Shown: piece after piece, positions 1 to 10,545 of the stretch
How the letters are laid out: each line of letters starts with the position of its first letter
How positions within the stretch are numbered: the first letter of the stretch is position 1
Assembly: GCF_001194135.2 (NCBI RefSeq)
Contig: NC_068982.1
Location: forward strand, 50,089,065-50,127,538
Length of the DNA: 38,474 bases
Source: Octopus bimaculoides
Taxonomy: Eukaryota
Direction of reading: 5' to 3'
Position numbers and translations under genes: made by a program
Notes under the pieces: model-generated
Databases searched by the model: none
What the model saw: the letters and a program-made list of their open reading frames with translations, nothing else
What the model was told of the DNA's origin: nothing

Positions 1-32
<32 letters not shown>

Positions 33-68
33 ATATATATATACGTCTGAAGATATATATATGTATGA

Positions 69-147
<79 letters not shown>

Positions 148-196
148 TATATATTCATACATATATATATATCTTCAGAGATGCTTATATATATAT
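1..196. repeat. Compound (AT)n/(AG)n microsatellite
   Basis: Directly visible dinucleotide runs; explains ORF 25..207. Confidence 0.95.
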
Positions 197-197
197 A

Positions 198-243
198 CCC
201 ATGCTAGCATGGAAGGCAAACGTTAAATGATGATGATGATGAT
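198..243 (+). mobile_element. RTE-type 3' tail remnant
   Basis: CCCATGCTAGCATGGAAGGCAAACGTTAAATGATGATGATGAT matches the tail of the RTE copy ending at 25304. Confidence 0.8.
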
Positions 244-991
244 ATATACATATATATATATACACACGCACATACATATATACATGCATGTTTGTATATA
301 TATGTGTGCGTGTGTGTGTGTGTATACATACACACAGACGTGTACATAAACTGTTGATATTTTCTTATGAGTTCCTCTTTATAATTATTCATTGTCACAC
401 CAAACAATTTTGCAACCAGTTTAAGCAGAAACTTCTTTCCCTCACCCCTCTCCTCCATTCCCTTACCCTTCCATCTATTTTTACTTTTTCTTTTCTTTAA
501 ATTTTTTTCTTTGATTTTGGTTTTTGTTCTTTCTTATATTTACACTATATGTGTTTCTGTGTAAAGATTCCATGAGACCACCCCTAAAGATTAAGAAATA
601 CTGGTTAGTGATATAATCTAGACAAGTTTTGTGGCTACTGTAAATGAGAAATGTTTACTGTAAGATTAAATGATGATAAGTTCAGTTGGTGGGTGAGGAT
701 GTTGTATATTAATCTTTCATAACTCTAACATTCAATGGTTTTCTTCTTTACAACATCTCTAATTTTAAACTATAATGAGGATTGAGTTCTTATCATTCTA
801 CTTTATCCTTGTGGTTGTTGTTCTTGCTGTTGTCATCATCATTGTTGTTGTTGCACTTTAGCTAAAACTTAACTCTGATTCTAATCTTTTAGACCTTTGA
901 TCCAAAAAGTATTCCAGATACAGCCATTCAGGAATAGCGTATCTTAGAGCACAATATCCGAGGTGTCCTTTTAAAAAAATTTTAAAAAGTA

Positions 992-1368
992 AGGTGTGGC
1001 TATGTGGTAAGAAGCTTGCTTCTCAACTACATTGTCCTACGTTCAGTCTCACTGCATAGCAACTTGGGCCAGTGTATTCTACTATAGCCTTGCACTGACC
1101 AAAACCATGTGAGTGGATTTGGTAGGTAGAAACTGAAAGAAACCTATCATATATGCGTGTGTGTGTGTGTGTGTTCCTAGCACCACTTGATAACCGGTGT
1201 TGGTTTGTTTGTGTTCCCAAAACTTTGCAGTTTGATAAAAGATATCAAAGTACTGTGTTTTAAAAAAAAAAGAATAAGTACTGGGATTGCTTCATTCAAC
1301 TAAAAGTTCTTCAAGGTGATGCCCCAGCAAGGTCTCAGTTTAATAACTGAAACAAGTAAAGGATAAAA
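992..1368 (+). mobile_element. tRNA-derived SINE, family A (head + internal microsatellite + 3' module)
   Basis: GGCTATGTGGTAAGAAGCTTGCT head, B-box-like CGTTCAGTCTC, TGAGTGGATTTGGTAGGTAGAAACTGAAAG, (GT)n, ends ACTGAAACAAGTAAA; about ten other copies in the window. Confidence 0.85.
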
Positions 1369-1671
1369 TAACACAAATGCTAGGGTGTCCCTCTAAAACA
1401 AATGTGGAGGGACTTGTGGCTGTCATTTCTGACTGGATGAGAATTTATGTTGAGGTGCCCTAGTTGATTCATAGTTATTGTTTTACTCCAGATTAAACCT
1501 GTTCCAAAAGACTTGGGTTGAATACAAGAATCTGGGAGACCTTCTAACTCTTTAGTAGAGTTTACTCAGTTGCCAGCATTGAAGTCTGGTTTCTCATTGA
1601 GGATAGCCTCCTTTCTTGGGTTATGTTGTGTCCACTTCATGCATGAGTTCACTAAAATTGCATTCACATGT

Positions 1672-1830
1672 AGGTGCAGGTATGGCTATGTGGTAAGTTA
1701 GCTTCCCAACCACATGGTCTCATTCAGTCCTACTGTGTGGCTACCTCATGCAAGTATCTTCCATTATAGTCTTGGGCTGACCGAAACTTTGTGAGTAAAT
1801 TTGATTGAAGGAAACTGAAAGAAGCCTCTC
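1672..1830 (+). mobile_element. SINE family A, 5' half
   Basis: GGTATGGCTATGTGGTAAG...GGAAACTGAAAGAAGCC followed by a microsatellite. Confidence 0.8.
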
Positions 1831-1903
1831 ACATGTATGTGTGTATATATGTATCTATATGTATATTTATACATGTGTGTGTGTGTGTGTATGCATATGT
1901 TTG

Positions 1904-2143
1904 TGTCTTCTTGCCTAGAACTTGTGGTAGTTGTAAACAGATGTCACCTTCATACAAACAGTCTCCTTCATTTCTGATCTTGCATGGAAACATGCCTAGC
2001 TGTGAGGAGATATTACTTCATTTGAAAACAGGTGAGGGTTGGTGACAGGAAGGGCATTCAGCTGTAGGAAGTCCACCTCAACCAATTCCATCTGACCCAT
2101 GCAAGCATGAGAAAGTGGATGTTAAAACAATGGTGAAGATGAT
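1904..2143 (+). mobile_element. Non-autonomous RTE-tailed element, family B
   Basis: GGTAGTTGTAAACAG...GAAAACAGGTGAGGGTTGGTGACAGGAAGGGCATTCAGCTGTAG...CCATGCAAGCATG...GATGTTAAA; reverse copies at 8765, 9660 and 37510. Confidence 0.7.
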
Positions 2144-2191
2144 CTGTAATGCTGTATAGGATTATTAAATCAACCACAGTATATATGATTG

Positions 2192-2320
2192 GTACTTTAC
2201 TTTTGTCTACCCAGACGAAAGGCAAAGTTAAGCTCAGCATGATTTGAACTCAAAGATATAAAAGACCATAACCAAATACCTCAGATATTTTGTTCAAGGT
2301 CTCAAATACTTCTGCCAGTC
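2192..2320 (-). mobile_element. Degenerate SINE family C
   Basis: GAAAGGCAAAGTTAAGCTCAGCATGATTTGAACTCA...TTCTGCCAG resembles the copy at 10001-10229. Confidence 0.6.
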
Positions 2321-3675
2321 TTTATTATTGAACTCTAAATTGCTCTGCTTCAGATCTCAGTTTGTTCGACAATATTTATTTTACTTCTTATTTTCTTATT
2401 CTACTGCATGATAAATGGAGCAGAATTCCATGCCTGGATAGAATACAAGATACATTGACAGCAGTTCTGCAGTATTCTTGATAGAGTTAAAAGCTACAGC
2501 AAGACGTGCTACTCTTCTTTTTTGTTTTTGATGAGCATCTTTTAGTTAACACTTGGTGTCGTGTGTGTGAAATTAGACTTCCTCTGTGTTGTTGCACATT
2601 TTCCTGATTAAAAAAAAATAACGTTCTACAAACTCTTTATGCAATATATCAAACTTGGTTTTCATTGACATTAGCTAAAAAAAATTGATTCAGTTTTTTT
2701 TTTTTTTCTCCCATATAGGGAAAAAGAACAAAAAACAATGAGAAAGTCTTATTTTTATCAGGTTTCAAATTAAAAAAAACAGTTTAATTTTTTCCTTTCC
2801 AATGCTAAGAAAAGAGTGAAAGCAATGGAGACCAGCTGGGATGTGATATCAGATTGTGGGCATTTTTTCTTCCTGGTGTAGAAACNNNNNNNNNNNNNNN
2901 NNNNNNNNNNNNNNNNNNNNNNNNNNNNNNNNNNNNNNNNNNNNNNNNNNNNNNNNNNNNNNNNNNNNNNNNNNNNNNNNNNNNNNNNNNNNNNNNNNNN
3001 NNNNNNNNNNNNNNNNNNNNNNNNNNNNNNNNNNNNNNNNNNNNNNNNNNNNNNNNNNNNNNNNNNNNNNNNNNNNNNNNNNNNNNNNNNNNNNNNNNNN
3101 NNNNNNNNNNNNNNNNNNNNNNNNNNNNNNNNNNNNNNNNNNNNNNNNNNNNNNNNNNNNNNNNNNNNNNNNNNNNNNNNNNNNNNNNNNNNNNNNNNNN
3201 NNNNNNNNNNNNNNNNNNNNNNNNNNNNNNNNNNNNNNNNNNNNNNNNNNNNNNNNNNNNNNNNNNNNNNNNNNNNNNNNNNNNNNNNNNNNNNNNNNNN
3301 NNNNNNNNNNNNNNNNNNNNNNNNNNNNNNNNNNNNNNNNNNNNNNNGCGCTTGTGTGTGTGTGTGTGTGTGTGCGCTTGTGTGTGTGTGTGTGTGTGCA
3401 CTTGTGTGTGTGCATGCATGTGTAAATGCATTAGGGCCAAATGACTAAAGAAGCTCATTTTTTTAATGTCAAGGTGCCAGGTTCAATCTTACTCTGTGGT
3501 ATCTTACCCATATAATTTTTCAATAGCCTCAAGTTCAACCCATACCTTGTGACCTTATAAATGTTATTGGGTAGATGGAAACTGTTTAGAAGCCCATTAA
3601 GCTGATTGTACCTGTAATTCAAAGGCACAGCCTTGTCACACAATGTCATGCTGATTCTGTCGTCTGAGATTAAGA

Positions 3676-3877
3676 TTAACTCTTTAGCATCCAGATTTCT
3701 CTCTCAAATGAAATGCATATTTACTCACATTGTTTTGAATGAATCACACATTATCTTGTAGATTTGAGATTTCAATAGTATATTTATTTTTAGAATGACA
3801 TTGTAGGGTAAGTGTGAGAGGTTGGATCAGGTCACTATTTGGACTGGAAATGGCTGGATTAAATGCTAAAGGGTTAA
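3676..3877. mobile_element. MITE with TTAA ends (piggyBac-like)
   Basis: Starts TTAACTCTTTAGCAT, ends ATGCTAAAGGGTTAA (terminal inverted repeat including TTAA). TTAA plus CCC/GGG termini is the established piggyBac signature. Confidence 0.75.
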
Positions 3878-4062
3878 GGCTACATATGCCTGTTTTATGC
3901 TCAGTCACTTACTAATTCAATAAACAGGTGATTCAGTTGGCAGAACAACTAAACTCTCATCACCAGAACTGACAGAGTCTCATCCACCTATGTGTACATA
4001 GAATTTTTCATCTTTTACCTTTTACCTTTTACCTGTTTTATGTGGGCCACATGAGACATGTA

Positions 4063-4300
4063 GAGGCACCTAGCTTAGAGGTTAGGGTGTTGGACTCATG
4101 GTCATAAGCTTGCGGTTTCGATTCTTGGACTGGATGATGCATCGTATTCTTGAGCAAAACACATTTTTTTACTTTGCTCCAGTCCACTCAGCTGGCAAAA
4201 GTGAGTAATCTTGTGAGGGACTGGTGTCCCATCCAGGTGTGGAATAAATACACTATGAAACCAGGAAACTAGCCCGTAAAAGTCAGTATGACTTAGAGAA
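4063..4300 (+). mobile_element. tRNA-derived SINE, family D (CORE-like centre)
   Basis: TAGCTTAGAGGTTAGGGTG A-box-like, GGTTTCGATTC B-box-like, TTCTTGAGCAAAACAC...CCACTCAGCTG centre; relatives at 12038 and 13378. Confidence 0.65.
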
Positions 4301-4457
4301 GATTAATTTACATGGCTCATCATCAGCTAAGTCACACTATTAAAAATATCCAAGGTAATTTTACATTAGAATTTTTCATTCAGAAAGATCCACAGTCTAC
4401 AGTATTCTCATTTCTGTTGTGTGTGGTTTGTTACAATTCACAGTCAATGTTGTTCTT

Positions 4458-5254
4458 TTAACCTTTTAGCATTCAGGTTATTCTTTCAAATCTAAATACT
4501 TATTTATTCACATTGTTTTGAGAGAAAAACTGGGTATACATAGCAACAGATGTAGTGTGCAAGAGAGAAGACTGCACTTGTATAGCCATGTAATGCACAT
4601 GAACGAGGAGGACAGTTGAATCAAGGTGCCGATCTCTAATTGTAGAGGGAACATGTGGAAGGGGTAGACCCAGGAAGACATGGGACAAAGTGGTTAGAAA
4701 GGATCTACAAACATTGGGACTCACAGAAGAGATGACAGGGGACCGAGACTCCTGGCAGTTTGCCGTGCTTGAAAAGACATATCAGGCTATGTAAAAGCAT
4801 GGTTGCCATTGCATACAGGCTTGTCCATTGCAACCCCTTTCAGCTGAGCATCCCTAATCTTGTGGGCTTGTAAGTGCTGGTACCACATAAAAAACACCCG
4901 TGCCAGTGTTGCGTAAAAGCACCCAGTATACTCTGTAAAGTGGTTGGCATTAGGAAGGGCATCCAGCCATAAAAACTATGCCAAAACAGACATAGGGCCT
5001 GAACAGCCCTTCAGCTGGTTGTTTTCTGTCAAACCATCCAACCCATGCCAGCATGGAAAATGGATGTTAAATGATGATGATGTTTTGAATTAATCGTGCT
5101 CTATTTCATAGGTTCAAGATTTCAATGATGTGATTGTTTGTTTTTAGAATAACACTGCAGAGTAGATGTGAGAGGCCAGATCTGGCTGGTTTGAACATTG
5201 AACAGGTAAAATATTTGGGCCTGATATGGCAAGTTTAATTGGTAAAGGGGTAAA
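4458..5254. mobile_element. TTAA-type MITE interrupted by an RTE insertion
   Basis: Left part TTAACCTTTTAGCATTC...CACATTGTTTTGA; resumes at 5081 TGTTTTGAATTAATC...GGTAAAGGGGTAAA, collinear with the intact copy at 3676-3877. Confidence 0.75.
4518..5082 (+). mobile_element. 5'-truncated, degenerate RTE LINE 3' end (ORF C-terminus + 3'UTR)
   Basis: Translates with a stop and a frameshift to LREKLGIHSNRCSVQERRLHLYSHVMHM...VEGTCGRGRPRKTWDKVVRKDLQTLGLTEEMTGDRDSWQFAVLEK; ends CCATGCCAGCATGGAAAATGGATGTTAAATGATGATG; TGTTTTGA duplicated on both sides. Confidence 0.9.
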
Positions 5255-5325
5255 GAGTGGTTGGGAATTATGTTTATAAAACATTGCTGTTGTGATGTAT
5301 ATATATGTGTGTGTGTGTGTGTGTG

Positions 5326-5469
5326 ATGAGCTTCTTTCAGATTTTGTCTACTCACAAGGCTTTGGTTGACTTGAGGCTATGATAGAAGACACTTGCCTAA
5401 GGTACCACACAGTGGGACTGAACCAGGTACCATGTGGTTGGGATGCAAACTTCTTACCAAATAGCCATA
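5326..5469 (-). mobile_element. SINE family A, 5' half
   Basis: GAGCTTCTTTCAG...CTCACAAGGCTTTGG...GAAGACACTTGCC...GGGACTGAACC...CTTCTTACC. Confidence 0.8.
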
Positions 5470-5763
5470 TATATACTCAGTATTTGAATCTGATAAAATA
5501 TCTGTTACAGTTTGTTATTTAGAGAAATTGTAAATTGTTTCTTTCTGGTTTTCTTCATATGTTTGGTTTTTGCATTTTTATGGGTTGTTGTTTTTTTGTT
5601 TTTTTTTTGCTTTCTTTTAAAATTTATTTCTTTCCCCACCCCATCAACTCCATCTCTAGAATTCAGAACAATTAAGAAAAAACATAGGACAAGCAAACTA
5701 TATTTCTTGTCTATCTGAAAGAAAAGGAAAAAAAAACAACATACATAGAAACTCTTACCTTAC

Positions 5764-5809
5764 CTTTGTATTTAAAGTTTTGAGAAATAAGGTATGGTGC
5801 TTGAGGAAG
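5764..5809 (-). CDS. Candidate short internal exon of an unknown gene (46 nt, or 51 nt with the second donor)
   Basis: Minus strand: CTTTTCTTTTGTTGTTTGTTGCTATTCTAG acceptor, exon LPQAPYLISQNFKYK (frame 0 open), donor AAG|GTAAGGTAAGA. Splice signals only, no homology. Confidence 0.25.
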
Positions 5810-6337
5810 CTAGAATAGCAACAAACAACAAAAGAAAAGCTATGTGAAAGAATAGAGTTGTGTACAGATTGAACAAATGTTATTCCAATGATCTTTGTTG
5901 TAATCTGTTTAGCTGGGGATTTTCTGCAGTTTATCTCAAGTTGTCAAGATAGCAAACAGCAATGCATCTTTACCTTCGGGAGATAATATGACTATCTGCC
6001 TCACTGTTAATTAAACTAAGATTATTTATGTCTGACCTGTCCCAATAAGAAAAGCAGATTCTGTGATTGAAAGAGAAAGAGGGAAGAAAATGATATGGTA
6101 TAGGATTAGATAGGCTGGAAGAGAAGCAGTGTACGCACAGTACTGTTATATTCATTCTTTCCTCTACTAACATTCAGCTGTAGATCTGTTAAGATTTATT
6201 TGATATACCTTTCTAGTTAGCTGTAAATTTTCTCAGCAGAATACAGACATTTCATTTTCACTGTATGCTACAACAAGATGAACAATGAACAGTGATATCT
6301 TAACATAGTTGATTAATTTTCTGTTACCAACTTCCAG

Positions 6338-6369
6338 CAATAATGGTTCTTGGTCTATCAAAGGTTTAT
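6338..6369 (+). CDS. Candidate 32-nt exon
   Basis: TTTTCTGTTACCAACTTCCAG acceptor and TAT|GTAAGA donor; phase-2 start reads NNGSWSIKGL and ends in phase 1, compatible with the candidate at 9509. Confidence 0.15.
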
Positions 6370-6539
6370 GTAAGATGGCTGGAGGTAGAATCATTTACTC
6401 TTCAGACAAAATGCTTTGTGGCACTTCTTCCAGTCCTTCATGTTCTTCTTTGCCTTTATAACAGAATGGTGTGGGTAGAAGGAGTTTTGGTGTTATTTCT
6501 TGCAAGTCAAACAATCCCACTGTGATTTCTCAGTATTTT

Positions 6540-6754
6540 TTTCTTTTATTCTTTTACTTGTTTCAGTCATTTGACTGTGGCCAAGCTGGAGCACTGCCTT
6601 GAAGGGTTTTTAGTTGCAGAAATCAACGCAATGATTTTTTTCTATTGGCCTTTTTTGCAGAACTGCTAAGTTACGGGGATGTAAACACACCAACATCGGT
6701 TGTCAAGCAATAGTGGGGGAACAAACACAGACACGAAGTCACATACACAGATAT

Positions 6755-6816
<62 letters not shown>
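6540..6816 (-). mobile_element. SINE family A, 3' module running into (AT)n and a gap
   Basis: CTTTTACTTGTTTCAGTCATTTGACTGTGGCC...GCTAAGTTACGGGGATGTAAACACACC...GTTGTCAAGC. Confidence 0.85.
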
Positions 6817-7002
6817 NNNNNNNNNNNNNNNNNNNNNNNNNNNNNNNNNNNNNNNNNNNNNNNNNNNNNNNNNNNNNNNNNNNNNNNNNNNNNNNNNNNN
6901 NNNNNNNNNNNNNNNNNNNNNNNNNNNNNNNNNNNNNNNNNNNNNNNNNNNNNNNNNNNNNNNNNNNNNNNNNNNNNNNNNNNNNNNNNNNNNNNNNNNN
7001 NN

Positions 7003-7242
7003 ATGTAAAATACACCATTTTGAGCGTGGCCGTTGCCAGTACCACCTTATTGGCTTTCATGCTGGTGGCACGTAAAAGCACCCACTACACTCTCAGAGTG
7101 GTTGGCGTTAGGAAGGTCATCCAACTGTAGAAACTGCCAAATCAGATTGGAGCCTGGTGTAGCCATCCGGTTCACCAGTCGTCAGTCAAATCGTCCAACC
7201 CATGCTAGCATGGAAAGCGGACGTTAAACGATGATGATGATG
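7003..7242 (+). mobile_element. RTE LINE 3'UTR
   Basis: Near-identical to 25067-25304; ends CATGCTAGCATGGAAAGCGGACGTTAAACGATGATGATG. Confidence 0.9.
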
Positions 7243-7570
7243 TATGATGGGCTTCTTTCAGTTTCCATCTACTAAATCCACTCACAAAGCTTTGCTCAGC
7301 CTGAAGACACTTGCTCAAAGTGTCATGTATCAGGCCGACCAAAGCCTTGTGAGTGGATTTAGTAGACTGAAACTGAAAGAAGCCCGTCATATATATGTAT
7401 GTGTGTGTATATATTTGTGTGTCTGTGCTTGTCCCTCCAACATCACTTGACAACCGATGCTGGTGTGTTTACTCCCTTGTAACCTAGCGGTTCGGCAAAA
7501 AGAGACTGACAGAATAAATACTAGGCTTACAAAGAATAAGTCCTGGTGTTGATTTGCTCGACTAAAGGCG
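7243..7570 (+). mobile_element. SINE family A with a fold-back (inverted duplicated) 5' portion
   Basis: 7243-7310 is the reverse complement of 7320-7391; the normal 3' module follows to GACTAAAGGCG. Confidence 0.85.
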
Positions 7571-7588
7571 ATTAATAATAATCATGAA

Positions 7589-7827
7589 CATCATTTAACA
7601 TCCATTTTCCATGCTGGCCTGGATAGGGTGGTTTGACAGGAAGTGGTAAGGCCAGGAACTACACCAGGTTCCATAGTCTGTTTTAGCTTAGTTTCTACAG
7701 CTGGTTGCCCTTCCTAACACCAACCTCTTTACAGGATGTACTGGGTGCTTTTTACACGCGCTATGTCAAGTGGCTGGTGTTAGCAAGGGCATCCAGCCGT
7801 AGAAACCAAGCCAAAAAACACACTATG

Positions 7828-7830
<3 letters not shown>
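7589..7830 (-). mobile_element. RTE-type 3'UTR copy followed by an inverted fragment of the same UTR
   Basis: CATCATTTAACATCCATTTTCCATGCTGGC tail on the minus strand; 7772-7806 is an inverted copy of 7691-7725. Confidence 0.75.
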
Positions 7831-7863
<33 letters not shown>

Positions 7864-7925
7864 TAATAATTATAATCATAATAATAACAATAATAATGAT
7901 AATAATAATAACAACAACAACAATA
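7829..7925. repeat. (AAT)n/(AAC)n microsatellite
   Basis: Directly visible. Confidence 0.95.
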
Positions 7926-8705
7926 TGAAAAAGAAGAACATTTTCTTTTCTTTTTTTTTTTCCTTTTCTTTTTCATTTCTTTATTACTTTTGGTGCCTCT
8001 TAGAAATGATAGCTCTCTTTGAAATTCTGGTTTTTAGAATTTACATTATCAACAATTCACTTACATCAACACTTTTTCATTATTTCTAACTGCTTCTCTT
8101 CAAGTGTTTCTTACCATTTAGAAAAGAAAATAGTGTGTTTTGCATGTCTTTCTTTGCAGCTGGAATTCTCAAAAATTTTTATATCAAAACATAATAACTT
8201 GCAAACAACTTCAAAAGAACATTTAAAGAATATTTGCAAAAAAATATTAGAATGGTTCTTGGTTTTGGGAGGTTTTTGTTTTTTGGGGTTTTTTTGTAAT
8301 TTTTTTTTTTATGTGTGTATGCATGCAATTTTTGTTGTTTTTTTATTTTTCATAGTTGAATTATGGCAATCACTTTGACCATCCTCCTCCTCCTCCTCCT
8401 CCCCCTCATCCTCATCATCATTATGAATGTGGCTATTATTAGGTTTTTGTCATTTGATTTACAGATGTTCCCACGTAGTATATTGCTTACATTTTCTTTT
8501 TGTATGTGTGTGTTGTCTATGGGTGTTGTGAAGGTGGGGTGTTGGGGTGTTTCTGTGGTAAAATATACGCTACTTTGATGATCCTACCATGAAATGAGGG
8601 TTATTATCCATTGTAGGAGTTCCACATTGAGGTGTAATTATACGTTATAAAAACAATAGCTCAGACTACTAGTCAGATAGTACACATATATGATGTACAT
8701 ATATG

Positions 8706-8750
<45 letters not shown>

Positions 8751-8764
8751 TACATATGCATACA

Positions 8765-9005
8765 TATCACCACCATCATTGTTTTAATGACCACTTTTCC
8801 ATACTGGCATGGGTTGGACTGGATTTTGTTGAGATGGGTTTCCAGCAGCCAGATGCCTTTCGTGTTGCCTACTTTCACCTGTCTCCAAATAAGGTAATAT
8901 TTCTCCATGGCTTAACATGTTATTGGAAATGAAAAAAACACTGCTTGCTTGACAGTGACACTCATTTACAACTATCAAGCGATGTCAAAGCAAGGAGACA
9001 GTAAC
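8765..9005 (-). mobile_element. Family B RTE-tailed element
   Basis: TTTTCCATACTGGCATGGG tail; TTTACAACTATCAAGCGATGTCAAAGCAAGGAGACAG then (CA)n. Confidence 0.7.
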
Positions 9006-9119
9006 ACACACACACACACACACACTCATACATACATACATACATACATATATATGCATATATACATCATCATCATCATCATCATCATACATATATATAT
9101 GGAAACTAGNNNNNNNNNN

Positions 9120-9178
<59 letters not shown>

Positions 9179-9508
9179 TTAGTTACATTTGTGTGTTCAT
9201 TCAGGCATCCCTTTGAACGATTTCACAAATGTGACCAATCTCATGATTAGGGTGTGCCAGTGGCTTTAAATAAATAAATATATGTTCATAACTGTAAGAT
9301 TTACTGCTGGGTGAATTAATAAAAATAATAATAATTATAGCTAAATAACTAAATGGCATATTCTTAATGACGGTAAGGAATCAAACACGTTCAAATAAGC
9401 ATAGAACCATTGCAAGAAATACAAAAAAAAAACTTTAAATTTTGTTCTTTTGTTTTTTCTCTCTTTCAATTTTCATTTTGATGTTTCTTGTTTTCATCCT
9501 CCTCATAG

Positions 9509-9581
9509 ACGCAATCCTCCAGAAGTTACAAATCATAGAAAATGCACAGCTCCACAGCAGCAGTAGCAAAGCCAGTAGGCC
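9509..9581 (+). CDS. Best candidate protein-coding internal exon (73 nt, phase 1 to phase 2): xAILQKLQIIENAQLHSSSSKASRP
   Basis: About 65-nt polypyrimidine tract ending CTCATAG, donor CC|GTAAGT, exactly one open frame with a protein-like composition, not part of any repeat recognised here. No homology identified. Confidence 0.4.
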
Positions 9582-9659
9582 GTAAGTATTATAGTTTTCG
9601 TTAGTTTTCCTGCCTGGCCACTCTATCAACTTGTTCTGTTGTGTAGACTGCATCACCAC

Positions 9660-9890
9660 CATCATCATCTTCATCATCCTCGTTATCATCATCATTTAAT
9701 GTCCACTTTTCTATATATGCAAATGCAATTTTTTCTATGGCTGGATGCCCTTCCTGGCATCAACCTTCACCTGCCTGTTACCAAGCAAAGTAATATTTCC
9801 CATATGTCTTTTCATGAAAGACTGGAAATAAATGATGTCTTACTGTCTAAAAACAGAATGTATTTAGTCTTGTATGCACTTTCTAAATAG
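9660..9890 (-). mobile_element. Family B RTE-tailed element, degenerate
   Basis: (CAT)n-TTTAATGTCCACTTTTC tail, CTATGGCTGGATGCCCTTCCTGGCATCAACC. Confidence 0.65.
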
Positions 9891-10000
9891 GACGACAGGA
9901 TGGTCATAGTTGGAATGCCTTTCATCATAAATTGGCTAAACCAGGGTTAACCTGGGATTAAACAACAACTACCACTAGGTAAATTTTGCTACACTTTGTT

Positions 10001-10229
10001 ATTTCTTTATTGCCCACAAGGGGCTAAACATAGAGGGGACAAACAAGGACAGACAAAGGGATTAAGTCGATTACATCGACCCCAGTGAGTAACTGGTGCT
10101 TAATTTATCAACCCCGAAAGGATGAAAGGCAAAGTCGACCTCGGCGGAATTTGAACTCAGAACGTAACGGCAGACGAAATACCGCTAAGCATTTCGCCCG
10201 ACGTGCTAACGTTTCTGCCAGCTCACCGG
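10001..10229 (-). mobile_element. tRNA-derived SINE, family C (young copy)
   Basis: Minus strand: GAGCTGGCAGAAACG A-box, GAGTTCAAATTCC B-box, GGTCGACTTTGCCTTTCATCCTTTCGGGG centre; nearly identical to 11744 and 21691. Confidence 0.9.
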
Positions 10230-10261
10230 CTTCGCTTTGTGTGTGCGTGTGTGTGTGTGTG

Positions 10262-10545
10262 GAGGATTTGTCCATCTGCATGAGAGAGAGATGGAAAGAG
10301 ATAGTGGCTTGTATATTTGTGTGCACACGTGTGTGGGGAGGGAGGTAAAACTGTGTAGCAAGATTTGTGCATCTGTGCATGAAAGAGAAGCGGGGAGAGA
10401 TAGTGGCTTGCATATCTGTATATGCAAACACGTATGTATGTATGTGTGTGTGTGTGAGTGTGTAAAAATGTGAGAGGATTTGTCCAGCTGTGCACAGGAG
10501 AGAGGAGGAGAGAGATAATGGCTTGCATATCTGTGTACACACACA
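10262..10545. repeat. Three diverged tandem copies of a ~70-bp unit separated by (GT)n-rich spacers
   Basis: GATTTGTCCA(T/G)CTG...GAGAGATA(G/A)TGGCTTG(C/T)ATAT at about 10262, 10361 and 10474. Confidence 0.75.

Noticed and set aside
25-500. Poly-IY, poly-HT, poly-ER, poly-CV and poly-H ORFs here and throughout the track
   Set aside because: Translations of dinucleotide and trinucleotide repeats.
2805-3458. Long ORFs across N-gaps (also 6671-7130, 14871-15963, 21303-21768, 29127-29624, 31758-32204)
   Set aside because: Open only because N codons give no stop; flanks are microsatellite translations.
3508-3611. Minus-strand exon candidate YNQLNGLLNSFHLPNNIYKVTRYGLNLRLLKNYM
   Set aside because: The acceptor (CTTTGAATTACAG) lies in a family E SINE fragment also seen near 38305; probably cryptic.
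5660-5791. Plus-strand 132-nt exon candidate ending AAG|GTATGG
   Set aside because: It contains an A-rich low-complexity tract better explained as a minus-strand polypyrimidine tract; no independent support.
8115-8159. Minus-strand 45-nt exon candidate
   Set aside because: Poor pyrimidine tract and a competing AG just upstream of the acceptor.
10150-10229. tRNA genes at SINE heads (families A, C, D, E)
   Set aside because: A and B boxes only; no complete cloverleaf, and each continues into a multi-copy SINE body.
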